A stretch of DNA of 64,000 nt from assembly GCA_028534125.1 (NCBI GenBank), contig CM052827.1:67580001-67644000 (forward strand), read 5' to 3'. Position numbers and translations under genes: made by a program. Every line of letters begins with the position of its first letter. Positions within the stretch are counted from its first letter, which is position 1. The notes beneath the pieces are model-generated. The model saw only the letters and a program-made list of their open reading frames with translations, did not search any database and was not told the origin of the DNA. Below, in pieces: positions 22,286 to 35,100 of the stretch. The DNA is from Lama glama (taxonomy: Eukaryota).

Positions 22286-22312
22286 CTAGAAAACGAGGAA
22301 ACGAAAGACATT
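22286..22312 (-). promoter_or_regulatory. LRRC8D: 3' splice acceptor (polypyrimidine tract + AG) of the LRRC8D coding exon
   Basis: Minus strand reads ...tgtctttcgtttcctcgttttctag|GA-ATG, with AG at 22287-22286 and the exon starting at 22285, 2 nt before the ATG. Confidence 0.9.
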
Positions 22313-22474
22313 ATTGCAGAGACGCAAGCGAAAACAGCAGATGAGGAAATGCTTTCTTCTTCTGGCTGCTGCTTCCAGTTTCTCCAGCCAACACGGCTCC
22401 CTCTACCTGGAGCATTTCCTCCCCGCCGGCCTCCACCAGGCCATCGGGCGTCGGCTGCCTTTCCCAGGAGGCGC

Positions 22475-22695
22475 GCCCTGATCCCCAGTCTGGGTGAGGT
22501 GCCTCTCTGATGGGTTCCCACGGGACTCTGCCCTTATCACGCCGTGGGAGAGCGGCTGTTCACTCGTCTGCTCCCTCACGGGGTTATAAATTCCATGGGG
22601 ACAGCGACCCTGCCCATCTTCCTTACTGCGACACAGCCAAGGTCTGGCACAACGCTGACGCTCAGGCAGGGGAAGACCGTGCGGGCTGCTGAGCA
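22475..22695 (+). mobile_element. L2 3' remnant
   Basis: ccctgatccccagtctgggtgaggtgcctct...ttataaattccatggggacagcgacc...tctggcacaacgctgacgctca. Confidence 0.55.
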
Positions 22696-23974
22696 CCATC
22701 GTCGTCATCATCACCATCAAAACTCCTCACGCACGTTTACTCACTGCCCACACGGGGTGCCGGGCAGAAGGGCATTTTAGTAAACTTAACTGCCACCACA
22801 AAGCATTTGGGCCCATGCAAAAATAACAACTCTAAGCCAGCCCTCTCCATAAAAACAAACAGCTAAGGCCCACACGGCAAGGAACCTGTGGGATCCTCGT
22901 AACCAACGGCAGCTTCAGTGGTGGCTGTCACGCACCCTGTGCTCGGGACGGGCTTGGATCCCAGGAGAGAGAAGAGGGGGCTGGCTGCTCTCCTCGGGGA
23001 GTGAGCAAAGTTCAGAGGTAGGGGGCGGAGAACACAGCATTCACACTGAGCCTGCACGGCGACCAGCTCGGCCTCGCCCCTCCCGGCAACACCAGCACGC
23101 GACGACCCCAGCCTCGGACGGCTCTCCCCGCAGCATGCCGTCCACGCTGCCCACCCAGGGCTCTGTGCGCCCGCCGTGTCCTCCAGCTCATTACCTTTTC
23201 TTTCTTTCTGTTGCTGCCCTGGGAATGCGCTGGGACACCACACTGAGGCTTGGCCTCAGCACTGTCCCAAGGCACATCCAGGCGGGGGTCACAGGCCAGG
23301 GAAGTCCCAACCGTCCTCACCTCTCACCTCTGCCTGCTCATCCCCCCAGCCTGAGAGAAGCGGCACGCTCTCCCTGGGGTAGAGGACTGAGTCTGCCACG
23401 GAAAAGAGAGCGCAGAGGTATGAGCACGCAGGGTGCAGTGGCTCTGGCTGGCCACAGCAGGGCACACACAGATGGAACACGGCCTGGGAGCCAGCGCCCT
23501 TCACAGCCTTGCCCGCAGCGCTGCTGCGTCCCCTGGACAAGTAACGAAACTGGCTCGCGGGAGCTGAGTTGTGCTAGTCAAAGGAACAGCGGTGGAGCCT
23601 GGGTTTAAAGTCTCGCCCAAGGCCAAGCCGCGTGTTCCTCCTGCCAGACCCCACCGTCACTCTCCTCTCCTTCTCGTTGGCAGGGCTTTACGGTCTGCAG
23701 AGCGTCTCCTCTGACTCTCACCCTAACCCAGGGAGCCAGGCAGCACGGCCGTCCAGGGATGAATGAGGAACCCTGAGGCACAGGAAGCGTGAATGACCTT
23801 CCTGAGCTAATCAGGTGAGAATGCTAACAGAACCTTTCGTCTTCAAATCTCCTTCTCCATCACGCTGTCATCCAAGGGCTAGCTGCTTAAGAAGGGGCCT
23901 TCTCACCGTTGTCCTTGGCTTTGACGAGAGGAATGAAACTACAGAACCACCACCGTCCCTAAAACAACCTCTCG

Positions 23975-24290
23975 TGACGTTCGCTCAGCATTCAAGAAAG
24001 CCCGGAGCCAGGTGCCACGGAGGGGAGTACAGGAACGGTGCAACCTGGCCCTTGCCCTCAAGGAGCTCCTGGCTGTGTGGAACAACAAGCGATAAGTGTG
24101 CTATTACAACACGGAAGAAAATGGCTCTGATGGGGGAAACGCACGCCTGCATTTGGTGGGTGAGAGGAGGTTTTTAAGATGAGACTGGAAGGAAGGGGGC
24201 CGTCACGGGGTGGCGGGGAGTGGAAGCAATTCTGGCAGAAGAAACAGGACGTCAAAGGCACAGCGGCATGGAAAAACGGTGTTACAGAAA
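23975..24290 (-). mobile_element. L2 remnant
   Basis: cctggcccttgccctcaaggagctc...ttaagatgagactggaagga...attctggcagaagaaacaggacgtcaaaggcacag. Confidence 0.65.
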
Positions 24291-24679
24291 CTACAAGTGA
24301 TTATTAAAAGTTACCCCACTGTCTGTCTAGCAATGCCCCGTACAGACACCACACTTCATGGCTAAGTCACAAGACGGATGCCAAGGCATCCGTTGATGGT
24401 TTAACTCGGTTTTCAGGACGTGCCTGGGCCGCACGGCAGGAAACCAGCACTGCCCTGGAGAGTTCTGGCCTCAAACACGGGATGTCCATGAACTGCCTGA
24501 CAGTGTCCTTTACCACCTGCTGGGGCTCGTCCTAGAGCAGCTACTCACAGAGAGAATGTACTTCGAAGCCAAGGAACACAACCCCAAGTACGTACTGCAG
24601 ACCTGATTTAAACATGGCAGGGAACGGCAGAGACGTGCTAATGCTCGGTGGTCGGCACTCTTGCCTCTTCCTTTAGCTC

Positions 24680-24803
24680 TTTATTTTTTTAATTAATTAA
24701 TTAATTTTGGGGAGGGAGGGAGGTAGAGGGACCGGGGAACGCACCCAGGACCTGTGTATGCTAAGCACGGACTCCACTGCGTGAGCTATGCACCCTGCCC
24801 CCC
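24680..24803 (-). mobile_element. tRNA-derived camelid-type SINE, degenerate
   Basis: T-rich tail, then acccaggacctgtgtatgctaagcacggactccactgcgtgagctatgcaccc. Confidence 0.8.
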
Positions 24804-27269
24804 TTAGCGCTCAGTTCTGAAAGTCAGGGCCCACGTGTGGGACCCGGACACGAGGCCTCACTCGTGGAACGGCACGGAAAGGCCTCTAAATCGCCGGCTC
24901 CGCATTTTATCCCACACAGCATCCGAGGTCCTTCTACATGTTAACACTACGTTCCCCTGACCAGGAGCTCAGGCCAACGGAACTGCAGAAACGCTTCAGT
25001 CCCTACAGGCCTCACTCATTGCACCCTCTACTGCGAACTGCACTTCATTCAACCAATAGTTACGGGGTGAGTAAACTCCGTGCGCTGGACAGAGGGTCTA
25101 GGGAGAAAAACAGGAACAGCAACAACATGAGCCGCTGTCCCTCCCGAGAAGGCCGCCTGGAGGAAACAGACAGGAAGAGGTCCTGGGCAAAGGGCCTGAG
25201 TAGCCCCGACAGAGAGCCCGGCCGGGAGACCGCGATGAAGGACCCGGAGAAGGCCCTCCCGAGCTGGAGCCGCGCGTGAGGACCGCATGGTTCCAAGGCC
25301 TTTACAGCCGTAGCTTCATCCAGTTCACCAGGCAGCCAGTGGGGTTTCTAAGGGGAGCTCTGCTTGTATTTCTAAGTTCCCTGCTTCTTCCCACTTGCGA
25401 GATAGATGTCTTCGACCCAAACTGAGTGTTTCCCTCATAGCCCTGCTTCCGGGGAGCGCCACTGGCACATGCCTGTAAGTAGCCGAAGGGAAGTGAAGGC
25501 GGGGCCCCCGCCACCCCGAGCAGCTTTCCAAGGACTGGGAGGTTCGCCACGTTCTCCTCCAGCAGCCTCTGGGACAGAACGCCCCTCTGGCCCCAAGCCC
25601 ACGGGCATCTGCTCTGGGCTTGGGCAGCTGGGAGCCCGCCCGTTTTTATTTCTGGTTTGGTAAAAACTGCTAGAAAGTACTTGAGTATCTTGCCCTGGGG
25701 CCATCTTACTAACCCTCAAAACAGTTAGGAGAAGACGCTCACAGACTGACACAGCACACCTTGAGCAGGGAGCTCATTTAGTGAAAAAACCAACAAAACA
25801 ACAACAACTTGGCAGTTTATCAGGAGACCTTGGCCGTCAGGACTAACAGCGAACGCAGAGCCACACAGCGGCCACTCAGGGCCCGTCTCACCGTGAGCTC
25901 CACCTGTCTGTCTGTCTCCTTTCCTCCCTCCGCCTGGGTCTGAATCCCCAGCCTAAAGGGAGAGGAGTTCCTGTTGCCTGCGTGTCCCCCGGGCAGGGCC
26001 CAGTTCAGGCACCGAATGGCGGTCTGTGACTGAATGAACCACACAAGCCTGCGACAGCATTCTCGGAGACGGCTCTGGAGGCCCTGTACCTGGGAGCCAA
26101 GTGCTGTCGCTGCTAATTACAGTGACATACAAGGTCACTGCTACTTACGCCAAAGGCAAATGGTCAGCTCTGATAGGCGTTCTTCAGTGTCCAGGTGGGC
26201 AGCCCTACACAGCCCTTTGAACAGGTTATCCTGAAGGTAACTCATTCTGATAGGCCATCTGCATGCAGTTCGGCTCGTAATTAAACATTCCACAGGAACA
26301 CAAAAAGACAAAGACAAACACGGGCACCCCCTCACCAGGACAGAAGACCCAGGTGTGATCCCCGAGGGAGAGCGGGTGACAAGCCAGCGCGACCCCCAGG
26401 GCCAAGGCAGGCAAGCGTCAGTCTGGCCCACAGCCAGGGGCCGTAGGAGGCCAGGCTCGCGGACGCGGGAAGCTGCCAGGGCCTCGGGTCCTCCTTCTCC
26501 CTGTCCCCACAGGCAACGGACGCAGAGTCCTGACTGCATCTAACTGCGTGTGCACCGCTTACCGGAGTCAATGAACACTTAAGTCAGGATGCCGTGTCCA
26601 AACGAGGAGTGAGTGCCCAGAACGTGGGAAGTGCTTGATACAAGTAGCCACTGTTATTATTCACCGTGTTGCATAAGGCGTCTCAGTAGAGAACGCTGCA
26701 GAAAGACATCTTTACCCCCAGGTGCGGACAGAGGCCCGTCTTTCATGATGACTGATGCTGAGCACTATGGGGTCCGATGCTCTCCACTGAGCGGCGGATT
26801 CCAAGAAACTCATCTGCATTTTACATATGCATTATAAGAATTAACTTGTAGCCTGAATCTTCATTTAACCACTCACTCACTCATCCTTCTATCCATGAAA
26901 TACAGGCTGCGTCCTCAAATGTCACCACGAGGCACACTCCTGGAGAAACCTTGCTGAGCAAATTCAGACCCACTTCCTTCCCCACGGAGAGAAGCGTCCG
27001 TGTCACCAGGCAGGTAAAACGGCCAGCTGAGGACAGCGACAGGCCTGCCGTGCAGGCAAAACCCCAGCTTCAGGACCACCCCCCACCACAGGGCCCTGCA
27101 CCTCTGTTTATATCTCTAACTTTGTGTTCTTTTTCTTAAAGAGCCCCCTCCACTCCCTGCTCCATTTCAGATTCCAGAAAACCTGGACCTTCCCTGCTTG
27201 CCTGGAATCATGAAGGCGGATTAACAGGGATTTTCCTCCAGGTGGCAAGATCGAGGAGGAAGTTGTGAC

Positions 27270-27720
27270 TGAAGTGAGGGGTGAAGAACAAGTGCAGGGC
27301 GGGCTGGACCACAAAGTGCAAAGGCCCCGTGGAGAGAGAGCAGGAGAGCAGAAAACATCGGAGCAACTGGAAGAGGCTAGAGCCTGGAGCTCAGGGCGTG
27401 AGAGCTGGCGGCTCGCACCTCAGGGCAGGCGGACGCCTCTGATGCGCTTTTAGCTGGAGGTGGGTGACATCAGACTCGTGTCTCTTAAAAGGTCACTGCA
27501 GGCCTAGGGTGCCAGTTAGTGAGGGGCGACGTGAGATGAGGAAGGCAGCTGTCCGGGCGAAGGATGGAGGGAAAGACGGGGCTGTGACTGGTGGAGAACT
27601 GAGAGGGAAAAAAATGCGTGGATGTATGCGCTAACAGGCCAAAGAAGCAACAACAGGACTTAATGACTGCGTGGGGAGGGTGAAGGAGAGCAAGGCGTCC
27701 AGGATGGCTCTCAGATTTCT
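27270..27720 (-). mobile_element. L2 remnant
   Basis: gtgacatcagactcgtgtctcttaaaaggtcactgcaggc...acaggacttaatgactgcgtggggagggtgaaggagagcaaggcgtccaggatggctctcagatttct. Confidence 0.65.
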
Positions 27721-30062
27721 TCAATTCTCCACTCCATTGCTCCATACCCTTCTTCTTTCATATCCATTTACATGACTTTATTGCACCTGAATTTTTTTCG
27801 TAAGCCCTTCAAGTCCTTTTTTGCCCCTCACACATCTTCCAGAATCCTTTATTTTTTCAAGTCCTTTGAAAAAGTAGGCAGATTATATGTAATAAATACA
27901 TATTTATTTATATAAGCCCTCACATGGTTGGGCATGAAATCTGTAAGCTTAGATCGTCTGAAAATCATTGCCTTAGTGCTATCAACATGCAGATGACGGA
28001 CGGCTGTCTTTGCACAACACTTCTGGAGTGAAGCACAATTTTAAAGCCCAAAACAGCCTGTCCTCACCTGTCTTTGGAGACCACACGCACATGATGTGTC
28101 GCACAGTGATGTACACGCCGCGCACTCAGAAGGGAGCCGGCCGTAAGGATCCAACAACCAAAGCCGCTGCTGACAAAATCTGGTTTCTGGGATGAACCAA
28201 AGGCGAGAACAGCAAAAAAAAAACAAAACCAGGGAAAGGCAGGTAGGCTCACCATTCACTGAGTTCTCTTTAGGTCAGTATTAAAGTGAGTTTGCATTTT
28301 ACAGGTGAACAACAGCCAAACAGCGGGGCAGCAGTAAAGGGGGGGCAAAGATACAAGGGGTAACGGAGCGGGAAAAAGAAAACCAAATACTGTAAACCTG
28401 TACAAAGATAACTGAGAAATGGCGTAACCTACGCACACATCATCTCCAGTCGCCTTTTACTGAGCTGACCATTTGAACTAGAATTCGGTTCTTAACACGT
28501 CAGTCGCGTACTGGATAGGAACGCGGCTTAAGGCGTGAGGCTGCCTGAGATTTCACCCATCTCCACCTCCTACTGACTCACCTGTGAAACGGGGACACAG
28601 ATAATGTCTCACATGACTCACCATGAAAACCTGGGCCTTTGTTTTCCTTATCAGTGAAATGGGGATAAAACACGACTGTGACAAGAGACACGCGTCACCC
28701 TCTCTAACGTCAAGCCCACAGGCGTGCTCGTCGGGCGCTCCCACCCCAGGTACTCTCCAAGATTGGCCCCGGGTGTCCAAAACACTGGGGGAGGGGGAGC
28801 CCCTGAGGAAAACCCAGGATGAAATGTGGTGGCAGCAGAGAGGAAAGATGGCTGTGAAGCCTTTGCGGGTGAAAAAAAAAAATGAAGAAAAAAGAAGAGA
28901 AGAGAAAATCAAGAAAACGAAGACAAGGAGTTGACGTCAGAGAGAACAAAGGTATGAATCAGACAAATGCCGCAGAGATGAAGGGCAGTCGAAACTCTTG
29001 AAGACCGTTAACGCCTCTGACAACACGAGCTGACCACAGTGGGACGCGACGCATTGTGAACGCCAGAAACCACCTCAGGGTTGACTGAAAACCCCCAGAC
29101 GGCTAGCCTTTCAGCGGAACACAACCAGAGCCTTCGTCTGGGATGAGCCGTGGGAGATCGGCAGAACTGGCAGAGCCGCACCGTTGTCCTGCTTCACGGG
29201 AAAGCGTTGTGCGTAATGTTCACTCAGTCTTGTTTCTCAGGACTTAGCGTCTCTTTGTGCAGCTCTTGTGAAAACTACGAATGATGTTTAGAAAAGCAGG
29301 TCTGATAGGACGTTCAGCCGGAAGCCCTTCACCAGCCACGGTGCGCGTGGCGTTCGTGCGCTTCTCCTCTTCCCCAAATTACAGCGGACCAGCGGAGATG
29401 TGACAGACAGCCACCGTCACCATGGTATAATTCACAACATTTCCTCCAGTTATGAAGAATTACTGGGGCTGTAAACTTGGACCACAGCTGGGCAGCCCAC
29501 AGTCCGTAAAACTCCCTAAACCCTTTTGTACTGGGGAGGCACACGATTGCTTTGCTTGTGCGTAATCACTTCGGTTATAAAAAAGCAAAACTTCTAATTC
29601 GGTACTCTGTGACTTATTTCAGATGAGCTGCTGTTTTGAAGATTACACGAAGATCTTTGACTCTGGAGATTTTTGGATATTTACTTTCCGCTAAAGTATG
29701 GCATCTATGTGACTCTGAAAACAACGGCCCAAGATGACACTTCGGAAACAGCGTGTTAACACTTGAGTGCCAGCGGGGCCAGCACGTTTGTTTACGCGTC
29801 TGCTGTCCCGCTTGCAGAGGTCGCTATGGTGCTTCCCAGCCCCGTTCGGGTCGTGGCCCACAGAGGAGGGGGCGTCTGGACACGCCCTGGGAGAAGAAAG
29901 CCGGTGAGCCAGGCAGGCCCCGGCCTTCGGCTCCACCCACGTGAACTGGTGCCGCGGCCACCTGGTGCCCATTCCTGGCGCTCTCGTTGGGAATTCCAGA
30001 AAAAAGTATCAGATACTGGATGTAAAACAAGGTCTACATCTTCTAAGTGACAGGATTTATTA

Positions 30063-30136
30063 GGGGGGAGCAAAGATGGCGGAGCAGAGACTCACGGCTC
30101 GTCCCCTCCCACAAATACAACAGAATGACGTCTAGA
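30063..30136 (+). mobile_element. Isolated extreme 5' end of an L1 (YY1 box)
   Basis: ggggggagcaaagatggcggagcagagac...cccctcccacaaatacaac resembles cetartiodactyl L1 5' termini. Confidence 0.65.
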
Positions 30137-31899
30137 CTTTATCCTGCGGTGCGATCATTCGGGAGTGATTAAACATCACCTTCCTTTCTTCCTCATGAGA
30201 GCCCCAGACAGTAAAATCAGATCTTTACAACCAAGAAACCAGTGGCTCATTTGTGCCGTTTTACATGCAACACAGGAGAACTGCAGCAGTGACGCCCCCG
30301 CCTCGCTGGGCCGGCACCGTCGGGCAGAGGCCGCTAATGCAGAGGCCGCGAGCAGCTGCCTGCCACTCAAACACGCACACTGGGCGGCAGGGGGGGGCCT
30401 GAGGCGAAGACAGCTCACCTCACCCGTCAGAGGCTTCAGGAGACCTGTGCTGTCCCGAGGCCATCAATCCCACACTGTTCCATTTTCGCCACGTATTTGG
30501 CTGAGGCGATGTGACAGCGCTGAGAATGTGCACGTAACAGAGCAGCGGGAGCAGTCCTTCCACCCCCGGAGCTCAGGCCCTGCCCACGCCTGCCTTCAGT
30601 GCTCCGGAAAAGTGCTTCTGAAGCGCGCACCACCGCGCCATCCTGCCCAGGACTCCTTCGGGTGAGTGGTCCTGAAGCAGCCTACCCTGAAGTGACGGCA
30701 GAGCAAGCGTATGACTGCTAAGAAAGCTGCGACAGCTGGGACCGGCAACGGGCAAGAGACGCAGACGCGATTCACCTTCTCAACTGGAAACCTGTTCACA
30801 GCGACAAACGCCAGACAAGGTGAGGCGCCAGGATGAGGCGTCACTGGGACGCCCCCAGGAAAGCCAGAGTTGCCGTCGCCCTAAGCACAGGCTAGAAATA
30901 CCCTTAGATACCTAGATGCTCCTTAGGCAGCTCACCCGCAGACGCACCCGGCTTAGGTGCCTCCCGCCGCAGTCAGTGCAGAGCAGCCTCAGGACCGTCT
31001 TTACTCCTTCGCGAATGGGGACTGGCCTTTTATCACGGTAGCATGTTACACAGTGTAATTATTTTTTAGCAAGAAATCTAGAATTAAAAAAGATGAAACA
31101 GACATCTGAGCAGCATCTCCCACCCTTGCGCCCATCAGCATGTAGGTGGGAAATAACGGTGTTTGTACAAAGTGGAAGGCTGCTGGAGCTAGTCCCAGCC
31201 GGAGTGCCCTGCACGGGGCTAAGAGGCTTTGTATTTCGGCAAACGGGTACTTACGCTGTGACCTGCGGGCCACAGCCCTGAGAAGCCGACCCAGATTATG
31301 CAACGCCCCGACAGGTGAAGTTTATTTTCACACCTGAGCGTGAAGAACACAAGATGGCAGGAGGAACGGTAACTCCACTTAGAAAGCGAGTATGTCAACG
31401 CCGCCTTTCAGAGAACGTTCCGAAGACGGCGACAAAATGCTTCCAAGAGTTGTGCCGAACGTGAGCCCATGAACAGTGCGGCAGAGAAGCGGAGGGAGCT
31501 CCACGCCGCGAGCGCTAACCTGCACATGCGCTCACACATCAGGCGCCACCGATTTTCACCACAAACGCCTGAGCTGAGGGTAAGAGCTACAAGCTGCCCA
31601 TTGTGTTTATACAGCCTTCACCCTGGGCGACGTGCCTTTTTTGGGAGCGGAAGGAAAAAAGCGTTGAATCCTATCACCTACGTGTTGCAGCTGCCCAAAC
31701 CTTCCAGAGTAGATCCAGATGCGCTAAAAAACCCCACTCATTTTCTCCCAGCTTGACTTTTCAGTCAACATAGTTCCTTGTTCCCATGATAAGGACAACT
31801 AAGTCCTTCCCAGAAGTCACTCTCCCGCCTACGTCCTGGCCACAGCAGTCAGCTGAGCTGGTGCCCCGCTGCCCAGCCAGAGAGAATACTGCGCGGCCT

Positions 31900-32190
31900 C
31901 ATCTACCAGTGACGGCTCGTGACCACGCTGGGCGAACGGGTGTGAGGAGTGGCCGCCCGCTTCCTGGCCACCTCCAGGAGGACCAGGCTACCTGGCTCGC
32001 CCTCCTGCCCCCTCTCCTGCCGGCTAGAAGCAGGCAAGCAGGCACAGCCGTGGAAACCATGGGCTCAAGGCAGAGCCGTCCTGCCAGCCCCTGGCTGCTC
32101 ACACTGGGCTGTTACATGAGAATGAAGTATCTGTCCTGCTTAAACCACTCCACCCGGGGTCTCTGTTACAGCAACTTAGCATGTGCCACC
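31900..32190. mobile_element. Old ERVL/MaLR LTR remnant
   Basis: gctgttacatgagaatgaagtatctgtcctgcttaaaccact...ggtctctgttacagcaacttagc LTR-end motif. Confidence 0.5.
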
Positions 32191-35100
32191 ATCATTTAAA
32201 ACTTTTTTGAATCACTAAAAAAAATGCCTCTTAAATAAAAGCATCTAGAAACAGAAAGATTAGGGCAGACTGACCTGTGAGTGCTCCGGGTGCCTTCCCA
32301 GGACACACAGGGGAGGGCTCCCCGGCAGCAGGGCTCAGGGGAGGGCAACACCATCAGGTCTAAGTTACAGAGGCAGCAAGGAGTCCCCACAGGGCCTGAA
32401 CAGGGCGGGCCACGAGGCCAGCACGCCAGCTCAGAAAGGGTTCTTCCCAGAGTACGGAAGGCGGGCTGGAGGGAGGCGAGACTGGAGGATGGGAAACGAA
32501 TGAGAAAGCTTTGTTCATCAAGATGATTTCCAAGCAAATTCAATTTTTCAGCTTAAGGAGCCAGAACTGGTACAAAAAATTTAAGTGGGGATGTCCAGCA
32601 GTCAGTCGCCCTGCATCTCAAGAGAAGGAGCTGGGGTGGAATTACATGTTGTGGCTCATCCGTCCACGGAGAATGAGACCACCCACAGGAGTTGACAGAG
32701 AGAAAGGTCAAAGGGCCCCGGGGTCACTACCACTCAGGGGACGGGGAGAAGAGGGCTCAGCACCGTAGGGAGAAGACAGGGTCAGAAGGAGGAAGAGAAC
32801 TTCGTACTGGAAGCCAAACGAGGCGGCACTTCAAGGGGCGAATGGAAAGTGTCACTTACCCCGGGGGGAGGGAGCTGAGGAGTAAAGCTGGAGTGCCGCC
32901 GGGCCTGGAGGCTGAGTGCCCCTCGGCCACGCAGGGCCGGGAAGGAGCCGGGCCACCGCGGGCGGGAGCAAGTGGGAAAGGGAACGTTGGCGTCTCGGAA
33001 GTTGGCTGGGGAGAAAAACCAAACCTGGGAAAGCAGCGAGGGGAGGCTGGGTTGCTGGATGGAAAAGAGCAGGGAGTTGGAAGTTAAAAATAACAGCATG
33101 AGGAAGCACGGAGACGGTTTTCATACGCCGTCTCTTATGCGGAGCATAAAGGTAAATTGTGCGCCATAAACGCATCTCCACGGGGCGGCCTGACTCCAGG
33201 AGGGAGCATGCTGTCCTGACTACGTGACGGCGTCAAGATTAAGGAATTCATAATTCGACGGAAATTCTTCAACAGAGTCTGGCTGTATCTTGTTTGCTTT
33301 TCCCTTCGGTGAGCTGGTAAACATTAACCTTGCCAAGCACTGTGTTACCTAGCCAGCCGTAAAACTTTAGAAGGTCCTTTTTGGGGAAAGTCTAAAGGCA
33401 AAAAAAAAAGGTGCCTTGCAAAAATAACTGCACAACTCACATAAGTTTGAAAAGAAAACACAGCACGTGGTCATATGACTGAGGGGCTCTGTACGCGTTC
33501 CCGCGGTCCGTACGGGGTCAGGATTTCTCGCCCACTGAAACTCCCTTTGCAGGTTGAGCATTAAAAGAACTCAAGTCAGATTATACTGAAAGGAAGAAGG
33601 TGGGAACAGAAATATTTATTATTCCTACGGAGGGTGTTGGTGACCTAAAGCGGCTTCATTCTCTGCCCGTTTCCCTGGCCGCAGCACGGAGGGCAGAGGA
33701 GGTGAAGGAGAGCTGCTGTGTGTTGAGCCGCCGTCCTTGGCCACATCACTGAGGCTTCCTCAGACGCACAGAAGGAGACAGAGCTCCAGGCCTACCGAGT
33801 GACCACGTGCTCACACACCTGACCTCGTTCCACCGCCCCATCCTCCCTGAGCAGGAGTGTCACTGTCCTAGTTCTGGAGGAAAAAGTGCAGCCAAGATCA
33901 CAGAGCTAAAGTATCGCTAACCAGGGTCCAAACCCAGATCTGACTGACCCTCCCAAGCCCACACCTGCCCCTGTCAGCTGGTTTTAAATCAGAGATTAGC
34001 TCAAATTAAATTAAATCCCCCCCAACCCCTCAATCAAATTTACAAGCTATTAGACGGAAATCTGAAGTGGAGGAGACGAAACCCTGGGGTTCAAAGGCTG
34101 CCTCGGGACACAAGGAGCAAAGTCTGAAAAGTGAAATTACAATTTACAGCTTGAGCGCCATTGAACGAGAGGCTCCCTCCACGTCTTTACCACCACCTCA
34201 GGTTTTAAAGGCGCTGGCTTGGCTTCCAACTAACCTGATCCTCACAAGCTACTGAGAGACAAAGGAACAGCGTCAGCTTCATTTCTTGGCCGAGAAACTG
34301 CGGCAACGAGGCAGCGGTGCCGCGGGGCTGAGGCCCGGAGCACACGCAGCCACGGGCACCGCACAGCCTCCACCCGGCGTCGGCCTCACCGCGCTTGCCT
34401 TCAGAAGGCGCTGCTAGCAAAGCCAGACCGCGCACCCCGTGTAAGCTTGTCTTTCAATCTGAGTTACGGACATTCCCTTTTTATTCTGAATTCATCCAAC
34501 ATAAACTGCAACTATAATTCTCTAAGAGTAACGAAGTCACCTGGCCGGGCAGTCCATCAAGGCAGCATGTCCTGGGTCCCACTGAGAGCGGCCCGCCGCC
34601 ACAGCTGCGCCTTAGGGCCAGTGAGGGGCCGGCCAAGGGCTGCGATCAGAGCTGAGACCCCCTCCGCGAGCGGACGGGCTGTGCTCGCTGTCTGCCTCTA
34701 CCCTGCTTTGCCAGATGAACCTCCTTCAGTGCTTCTGAGAAGAGAACTGCTGGGGTCTCCACACACATTCTCTGCCTCTCAAATCAGGCAATAAAAAATG
34801 CCACTAGAGAAAATCTTCCCACCCATTGCTTTTAGTTGTGGAGTCACTGGCTACACAGCCGAAGCCACCAAGCTGCATCCTGGTGATCTACACCTCCCGG
34901 CTGCCTTCCATAAACTGGCGGCATGTGCGGAAGCGGTGTGCTTGCTAAATGACTCAGGCCTTTACTCACTAATAACACAACCACAGGGAGAAGCAAGACC
35001 AGGCCTGAATGGCACAAGCTAACTGAGAGACAGTAACACACCACGTGCATCAATCACAGGCCTGCGCTCAGTCAGACCATCATCAACCTCACAGGGCTCC

